From Acaryochloris marina MBIC11017 (GTDB taxonomy: Bacteria; Cyanobacteriota; Cyanobacteriia; Thermosynechococcales; Thermosynechococcaceae), in contig NC_009925.1 of NCBI RefSeq assembly GCF_000018105.1, positions 120,001 to 152,000 on the forward strand: 32,000 nucleotides of DNA. Reading direction: 5' to 3'. The position numbers and the translations under genes were made by a program. The notes under the pieces were generated by a model. The model was not told the origin of the DNA, did no database searches, and was given only the letters and a program-made list of their open reading frames with translations. Of this stretch, positions 25,819-32,000 are shown one piece after another. Position 1 is the first letter of the stretch. Every line of letters starts with the position of its first letter.

Positions 25819-26804
25819 AACAATTCCCATTCAGGAGATGACAACATTTTGAGCTGCTGAATTCGATGGCTGAAATAGCTGTCGTCTAAGCGACAGTTAT
25901 CGTGAACCTTGGCTGACTTTAGGCCAATGGACCATTGCCAGATGTGGGCCGCCTGGGAAAAAGGCTGAATGGAGTCTTCTTCCTTGGGAGTCACAGCCTG
26001 AACGGTCTGATAGCCTTCTAGGAATGAATTGCGGACCTTCTTTTCCATGCCGGTGCGGGCTGAAACATGGAGGAACTTGGCTAGCTCAAAGGCCCGCCAG
26101 CCATACCCACATTGGTCAAAGTCAAATAAGGTGACCTGGTTATCGTCGGTAAAATGAACATTGCCACTATGGGGATCGCCCCAGCAAACGCTCCAAAAAG
26201 GCGGATCCTTGGGCATGCCTTGCAGTTTATTTTTAATTTCAGCAATGATTTCGATGATGTATTCCCGATCCTTGGGGCGATGTTGTAGAAAGGGTGCGAT
26301 CGCATCTAAGGAATCATCTAACAAATAATCAAGGGTTAACGGTTGCCGATGGGCCTGGCTATGAAAATCCGTCGCAACTTGATGGAGTCGACCAATGGTT
26401 TCCCCCAGTTTCTGGCCTTGGGTATAGTTCAGATCTCCCAGAGGCACCTGGCCCGGCGCAAAGTCAAATAAAGCTGCATAACGATTCCCTTCAGGGGCCT
26501 CAATTTCGATAGAGAGTTGACCATCTAGGGTTCGTAACGGTCGAGCAACCGGGATATCACGCTGCTGCAAAAAAACCAATAACTCCAGCTCAAAGTCAAT
26601 TTCTGACTTCGTTCGCCAATGGGCATGAGACACCCTCAGCACAAAGGGTTGCTCCGACGTTTCCACTAAGTAGACATCACTCAAACCTCGATGCCACAGT
26701 TTGCAGTTGGTAATATCCTTGATCTGGAAATGGGGCAAAATCCGGGATACTAAAGCATCGCAGGCTAAGGTTGAGTAGGTAACGGGGAAAAAGGGTGAGG
26801 TCAT
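25815..26804 (-). CDS. phosphotransferase, APH / homoserine-kinase-type-II family
   Basis: 329 aa. The catalytic loop is WGDPHSGNVHF and the metal-binding motif is LFDFDQCGYGW. Confidence 0.8.
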   Translation of the reverse strand: MTSPFFPVTYSTLACDALVSRILPHFQIKDITNCKLWHRGLSDVYLVETSEQPFVLRVSHAHWRTKSEIDFELELLVFLQQRDIPVARPLRTLDGQLSIEIEAPEGNRYAALFDFAPGQVPLGDLNYTQGQKLGETIGRLHQVATDFHSQAHRQPLTLDYLLDDSLDAIAPFLQHRPKDREYIIEIIAEIKNKLQGMPKDPPFWSVCWGDPHSGNVHFTDDNQVTLFDFDQCGYGWRAFELAKFLHVSARTGMEKKVRNSFLEGYQTVQAVTPKEEDSIQPFSQAAHIWQWSIGLKSAKVHDNCRLDDSYFSHRIQQLKMLSSPEWELF

Positions 26805-27099
26805 GGCGAATGGTGGGTCATCCCGACTGAATCAACAAAACACCAAGCTGATGGTTAGGATGCCGTCAGAACTCTACAAAAGACTGCCAAGAACTAAACA
26901 TTAAGCAGAACTTGACCATTGGAAGAAAACAAGCTGTTATTATCCTTCGCTAAATCAGAAGACAAAACAGTGTTAACGGTTACAAGTTATGAAAACTCAA
27001 ACTTATTCATAGACAAAATAATATCAATATCCTGTCGATGAATAAAAAGGCGTCTCTTCTAACATCTACCTTGTCATCTGTTATTGAAGCTGTATTCTT

Positions 27100-27852
27100 A
27101 TGGTTCCTTTTGGGGAAGACTCAACTAAGAGAACGACAAATGTTATTTTCCAAATGATTATGGCTTGGCTTAGAAACAGATATTGGATATGTGTGATTGC
27201 GAGTAGCTTACTGATCGGCTGTTCAGGCTCAGAAACAGCAAAGCAGTCTCCTCAACCCAGCGTAAATTCTCCAGCACCCAAGAGCACACCTCAGGCTCCT
27301 CAAACCTCTCCTAAGGTCTCTCCTAAGGCCACCACAGCGGCAAAGCCAGCGTCTCAGCCTAAACCTGCAGCGCCAAAACCTGTATCTGCTCCAGCGAAGG
27401 TGAAGCTCTCACCCGCGCCTAAAGTGGAACTATCAAAATCAGAAAAACAGCTGGTCAGCAAAGTCCAAAAAGAAGTGCAGAAAAACGGCTCTGTTGCTAA
27501 ACAGGATACCGGCCACACTTATCTGGGCAATGTTCTGAGATCGCAACAGGCTGAGAAGTTAGTCACCGGCCGATTCACCACCAATTTACAGAAATTAGAA
27601 TCTGATTCCCCCAAAGATAGCGGTGAATTTCAACTGCAAGTGCTAGAGGCCAATGAGAATAAGGCCATCGTGGCTGCGATCGCAAAACAGAACGGCATCT
27701 TTAGCTACACGGGTGCGGTCTATGCCCAGGACGCCAGCATTCCCGTTTCTGCAATTTGCAAATCGAATGAGCCCACTCAAACTCCACCGGGTACTCCAAA
27801 GCTCACAGGCTCCACAATTGTCTGTGCCCAAGGCTCAACGGTGGTTGAATAG
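27100..27852 (+). CDS. type IV pilin-like G/H family lipoprotein
   Basis: The likely true start is 27154 or 27160 (MIMAWLRNRYWICVIASSLLIGC, with lipobox LIGC). A Pro/Ala/Lys-rich linker follows. The C-terminal TYLGNVLRSQQAEKLVTGRFTTNLQKL...ICKSN...CAQGS matches the cyanobacterial Pilin_GH pattern. Confidence 0.6.
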   Translation: MVPFGEDSTKRTTNVIFQMIMAWLRNRYWICVIASSLLIGCSGSETAKQSPQPSVNSPAPKSTPQAPQTSPKVSPKATTAAKPASQPKPAAPKPVSAPAKVKLSPAPKVELSKSEKQLVSKVQKEVQKNGSVAKQDTGHTYLGNVLRSQQAEKLVTGRFTTNLQKLESDSPKDSGEFQLQVLEANENKAIVAAIAKQNGIFSYTGAVYAQDASIPVSAICKSNEPTQTPPGTPKLTGSTIVCAQGSTVVE

Positions 27853-28028
27853 GGCAATCCTTTGGACTAGAGACTGAATGCTTACTATCTTCAGTAGTGG
27901 CAAACATTGAATCTGAAGGCAGAAATTCCCAAGAATAGACCGCCAAACGGGGATCGATCTATGGCAAGCTAAGGGGTGGAGCGTTTTTGCTCCCTGAGTT
28001 TCCTTATCGTGGTCTTACCCCCTTCACC

Positions 28029-29255
28029 ATGCAGACTTTATCAACCCCTGTCACAGGAACAGACGAGCGGTCCACCCCTGTTTCTACATCAATCACTCGG
28101 CGTAAGACTCGCCCCGTTCCCGTTGGGGATGTGATTATTGGTGGAGGCCATCCTGTGGTGGTTCAGTCCATGATCAATGAAGATACCCTCGACATTGAGG
28201 GCTCTGTAGCTGCGATTCGTCGTCTGCATGAGTTGGGTTGCGAAATCGTGCGGGTGACCGTACCCAGCATGGCCCATGCTAAAGCCCTCGCGACCATCAA
28301 AGAAAAATTAACAGCCACCTACCAGACGGTCCCCCTGGTAGCAGATGTTCACCACAACGGCATGAAAATTGCCCTGGAAGTGGCGAAGCATGTCGATAAG
28401 GTTCGCATTAATCCCGGCCTGTATGTTTTTGAAAAAGCGAAGGATGATCGGACCGAATTTTCCCAATCTGAATTTGAAAATATTGGCGATAAAATTCGTG
28501 AAACCCTTGAACCTTTAGTGGTTTCTCTCCGAGACCAAAACAAGGCCATGCGGATCGGGGTAAACCATGGCTCTTTGGCAGAGCGCATGTTGTTTACCTA
28601 TGGGGATACCCCTGAAGGCATGGTGGAGTCCGCTCTAGAGTTTATTCGCATCTGCCAATCTCTGGATTTCAATAATCTTGTGATTTCAATGAAAGCGTCT
28701 CGGGTGCCCGTGATGCTAGCTGCGTACCGCCTGATGGCCCGGCGAATGGATGAGCTAGGCATGGATTATCCGCTTCATCTCGGTGTGACTGAAGCTGGAG
28801 ATGGTGAATATGGCCGGATCAAATCTACTGCAGGGATTGCAACCCTATTGGCAGATGGGATTGGTGATACCCTGCGGGTGTCCCTGACCGAATCTCCAGA
28901 GAAAGAGATTCCCGTTTGCTACAGTATCCTGCAAGCCTTGGGCCTCCGCAAAACCATGGTGGAATACGTGGCTTGTCCCTCCTGTGGGCGGACGCTCTTC
29001 AATTTGGAAGAAGTGCTTCATCAAGTGCGATCGGCGACGAACCATCTGACGGGTCTGGATATTGCCGTTATGGGCTGTATTGTCAATGGCCCTGGTGAGA
29101 TGGCTGATGCAGACTACGGCTATGTGGGTAAGCAACCTGGCTATATTTCCCTATATCGGGGCCGAGAAGAAGTGAAGAAAGTTCCAGAGACTGAGGGGGT
29201 TGAAGAATTAATCAACCTGATTAAATCTGACGGCCGTTGGGTGGATCCTGAATAG
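28029..29255 (+). CDS. ispG: 4-hydroxy-3-methylbut-2-en-1-yl diphosphate synthase (ferredoxin)
   Basis: It aligns by eye with cyanobacterial IspG from MQTL... to ...DGRWVDP, including the CPSCGRT and GCIVNGPGE Fe-S ligand motifs. The ORF-track TTG at 27987 is probably not the start. Confidence 0.92.
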
Positions 29256-29263
29256 TTATCCGT

Positions 29264-30898
29264 TCAATTCTCTCCACTCTTGGAGCTGGTTTGAATCGAT
29301 TGTTGAACAGTAGATTGGCCGACAAACGGTGCACCCGTACCAAATTTGAATAGGTCTCCCGTTCCGCCATCTAAGATGAGGGTGAGACGGTATTTGTGAT
29401 CGCCCAGGACATCAAACTGAGACGTCAGTCCTGAGGCAACCTCCTCGCGCCATCCAGCTTGAATGGATTCCACCTTGCCCGTCTTACGGTTAAGACGTTG
29501 TAATCCCGTGATCTCGCTCTCACCAAAATCAAACTCAACGGTGAGCTGCTGACGCGTTTGTTCAATCGAATGTCTCTTGCCAGCTAATCCATTGGTGAGC
29601 ATAAAGTACTGCTGGTTAGTTGCAGGGCCATCAAAACTTTCTCGTAAAGGCTTGAAATAGCCTACCAACACATCACCATTACGCCCACCATATAGATTTC
29701 CCAGGTTTTTAACCTCTAGACTGGTCATGTAAGGATCAGCCTTGGCATCCCAATGGGGAATCTCGGGAGCAATTAAATCTGCGAGAGTCGGAGGTCTAGG
29801 CACTATTCGTACATCTGTGCTAAGCAGCCGAACGAGAGTTGGTCCTAGATTGAGGCTGTGTTGGTTGATCTCGGCGATATGTTGAAAAGCTGGCGTGGGA
29901 TCTTTTCCAAAGGGTTGTTTAAAAAATGGAGCGTTTAATTTCCCTCCAACATCACTAGTGCCATTGTAGGTAAAGGCATTAAGGAGTTTAAATCCCAGGG
30001 TTAAGGCTGCGAATTGTTGCTGACTCAGTTCCGACTCCGAAGGGAAACGCGACCAAGTCCCTACGCCAGTCGCAGATCCTTTAAAGGTTTGAAGCCATAA
30101 TCCGTAGGGAATGGGCTTCCGCCCTGTGCCGTCATTGCCAGCCAAGGCTAATCGACGATAGCGCATCATCGCGTAGTACAGTTGGGCGGGACGTCCGCCT
30201 TGATTACCCAAATCGTTCCAGATTCCATAGGGATAGGTGTCTTGCATCAGTAGATCGGGCTGGATGCGACGCATATAGCGTTGGATATTGAGGTCACTGG
30301 TACTGCCAAAGCCGCCAAAGCGTTCATCACCATGCTGGTTGGTATAGAGAAGGGTATTGGGAAGAAGCGGTCGGTAATGTTTGATCCAAGTTTCTAATTC
30401 TTGAAGTTCACTTTCTTTGCCAATATCTTGTTCGTCTTTAAATTGCCAACTGACAAGATTCTGAATTTGGTCGGATTGGAAGATACGATCAGGAAGGCTT
30501 TGGGCAGAATCTTGGGCATTGGCTTGCCAAGTAGACCAGGGCTTTTGCCCAGCGATTGTTTCGGAAGAAGCAAGTTGTCCCCTACCAATATCAAGGGTGG
30601 TAAAGTTGCTCGCTTCCCAGTTCTGCCAAAGCTCGGAATCGTTTTCTCTGCCTTTAATGGTGAAGCCAATGGTGAGGGCGTTGAGCTGTAGCCCCCTTTG
30701 AATCAAGATTCGATGGCCACGATCTAGTGATTGGAGGTCATTTGGCGTTGCGATCGCATCACCGCTTCCAGCCACAATCAGTCCCAAAAACAATCCACAG
30801 CTTTTGAGAAGCATCGCCGGCAGGGACAGAGGTTTCAATCTGCCGAGACTGGACCAGAGTTGTGTTCGGCAGGGCCTTTCCATTGCCATATTTCCCAT
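29264..30898 (-). CDS. hypothetical secreted protein
   Basis: 544-aa ORF. The internal M29 (ATG at 30814) starts a signal-peptide-like MLLKSCGLFLGLIVAGSGDAIA. I recognised no catalytic motif. Confidence 0.55.
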   Translation of the reverse strand: MGNMAMERPCRTQLWSSLGRLKPLSLPAMLLKSCGLFLGLIVAGSGDAIATPNDLQSLDRGHRILIQRGLQLNALTIGFTIKGRENDSELWQNWEASNFTTLDIGRGQLASSETIAGQKPWSTWQANAQDSAQSLPDRIFQSDQIQNLVSWQFKDEQDIGKESELQELETWIKHYRPLLPNTLLYTNQHGDERFGGFGSTSDLNIQRYMRRIQPDLLMQDTYPYGIWNDLGNQGGRPAQLYYAMMRYRRLALAGNDGTGRKPIPYGLWLQTFKGSATGVGTWSRFPSESELSQQQFAALTLGFKLLNAFTYNGTSDVGGKLNAPFFKQPFGKDPTPAFQHIAEINQHSLNLGPTLVRLLSTDVRIVPRPPTLADLIAPEIPHWDAKADPYMTSLEVKNLGNLYGGRNGDVLVGYFKPLRESFDGPATNQQYFMLTNGLAGKRHSIEQTRQQLTVEFDFGESEITGLQRLNRKTGKVESIQAGWREEVASGLTSQFDVLGDHKYRLTLILDGGTGDLFKFGTGAPFVGQSTVQQSIQTSSKSGEN

Positions 30899-31249
30899 TA
30901 GTGAGGTGACGATACAGTATCAAATCATTCAGCATGATACCGAAGTGCGATCGCATCCTCCCATATATTTAGAATCCCGCAAAATCTTCAACATCCTACC
31001 TTGTGAACCTACACTTATAGGCCAGGGAACCTAGGGGGCCAAAATTCATCAGTAAGCCTAGTTTTTGACCATCCTCAGAGAATTTTGAGGCAATTATAGA
31101 ATTGGCGGGATAGGGTTGAGGGACTTTATGATAGGAAGACTAAGACGGATCTTCTGGGGGGAGCTGCAGATTCGTTTCCAAAATGAATCTTTTAGATTAG
31201 TCCCTTAGGAAATAATATTAAAATACTTATCTCTCTTGCTTAAGCCTTT

Positions 31250-31999
31250 ATGTACGACGATATTCCAGAGGCCCGTCGGCAGGCCGTTCCAAAAACGGCG
31301 TCTTCACCTTCTCGAGGTAACCCTGCCCTATGGATTGGCAGTGGCATTGGATTGTTGGTGATTGCCGTTGGAGCCGCATTTGCAGTCGGTTTATTCAAGC
31401 CTGAACCCTCCCAAAGCAAGGTAGAAACTAGCCCCACAGCATCCACCCCTCCAACAGGAGGAACGGAGGCCCCTAATACCCCAGATACGACCTTAGGGCA
31501 TTTTTCCTACAAGGTGGCCCCAGAGAACGAATTGCAAGCCATCACCGCAGACAACCGGATTCGTTTACGGTCATCTGCCGCTCGGGCCTACAAGCAAATG
31601 TCCGCAGCAGCAGCAGCAGATGGGATCAAGCTTCAGGCCCTTTCCGGGTTTCGAACCGTAGAGGATCAAGATTACTTATTTTTTAGAGTGAAAGAAGAGC
31701 GGGCCCAAGGTGCCCAACAGCGAGCTAAAGTCAGTGCTCCTCCTGGACGTAGCGAGCACCATACTGGCTACGCCATGGATATTGGCGATGCAACTCAGCC
31801 AAATACCCATGTAAATGTCACGTTTGAAGAGACTCGGGCCTTTGAGTGGCTGCAAAAAAATGCACCCCGGTATAGCTTTGAGTTATCCTTCCCAAAAGGG
31901 AACTCCCAAGGGGTTAGTTATGAACCCTGGCACTGGCGTTATGTCGGTGACAAAGACAGTTTGGAGACCTTCTACAACGCCCGAAATTTAAAATCCTAA
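31250..31999 (+). CDS. D-alanyl-D-alanine carboxypeptidase, VanY / peptidase M15B family
   Basis: There is an N-terminal TM anchor. The zinc ligand motifs are SEHHTGYAMDI and EPWHWRY. Confidence 0.85.
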   Translation: MYDDIPEARRQAVPKTASSPSRGNPALWIGSGIGLLVIAVGAAFAVGLFKPEPSQSKVETSPTASTPPTGGTEAPNTPDTTLGHFSYKVAPENELQAITADNRIRLRSSAARAYKQMSAAAAADGIKLQALSGFRTVEDQDYLFFRVKEERAQGAQQRAKVSAPPGRSEHHTGYAMDIGDATQPNTHVNVTFEETRAFEWLQKNAPRYSFELSFPKGNSQGVSYEPWHWRYVGDKDSLETFYNARNLKS

Positions 32000-32000
32000 C

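Noticed and set aside
27061-27075. Shared motif AACATC(C)TACCTTGT upstream of the pilin-like gene (27061-27075), also found at 30990-31004
   Set aside because: It is a single pair of roughly 15-nt matches with an indel. I cannot distinguish this from chance without a genome-wide count.

Overview
This is a chromosomal window from a cyanobacterium. The evidence is at least 15 copies of the HIP1 palindrome GCGATCGC, the NDH-1 genes ndhC and ndhJ, and typical cyanobacterial housekeeping genes (ispG, glk, scpB, a DeaD-like helicase). Most of the window is ordinary core genome. I found no rRNA, tRNA or CRISPR array. Six parts deserve a second look. (1) An orphan HNH-nuclease gene with a roughly 240-aa uncharacterised C-terminal region sits alone in a 1.7-kb gap between convergent housekeeping genes (21.7-23.4 kb). 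This is my best candidate for something undescribed, such as a single-gene defence or homing element. (2) A carboxymuconolactone-decarboxylase / 4-TM membrane protein / ECF41-type sigma factor operon is preceded by an exact TGTCACA-N16-CGTC promoter. The embedded membrane protein is the unusual element. (3) An accessory patch (about 4.2-9.7 kb) contains an AT-rich orphan gene next to a SLOG/'molybdenum-carrier'-like gene. It also holds an ISAs1 element with a 10-bp target duplication that replaced the last codons of an SRPBCC gene, with its transposase split at an A7 tract, and an IS630-family element. (4) ndhC and ndhJ are adjacent without the usual intervening ndhK. (5) A cluster of TTTTCTCAG repeats and terminator-like hairpins lies upstream of glk. 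(6) Several large non-coding gaps contain unannotated mini-ORFs. All family assignments rest on motifs I recognise by eye. No database search was possible.
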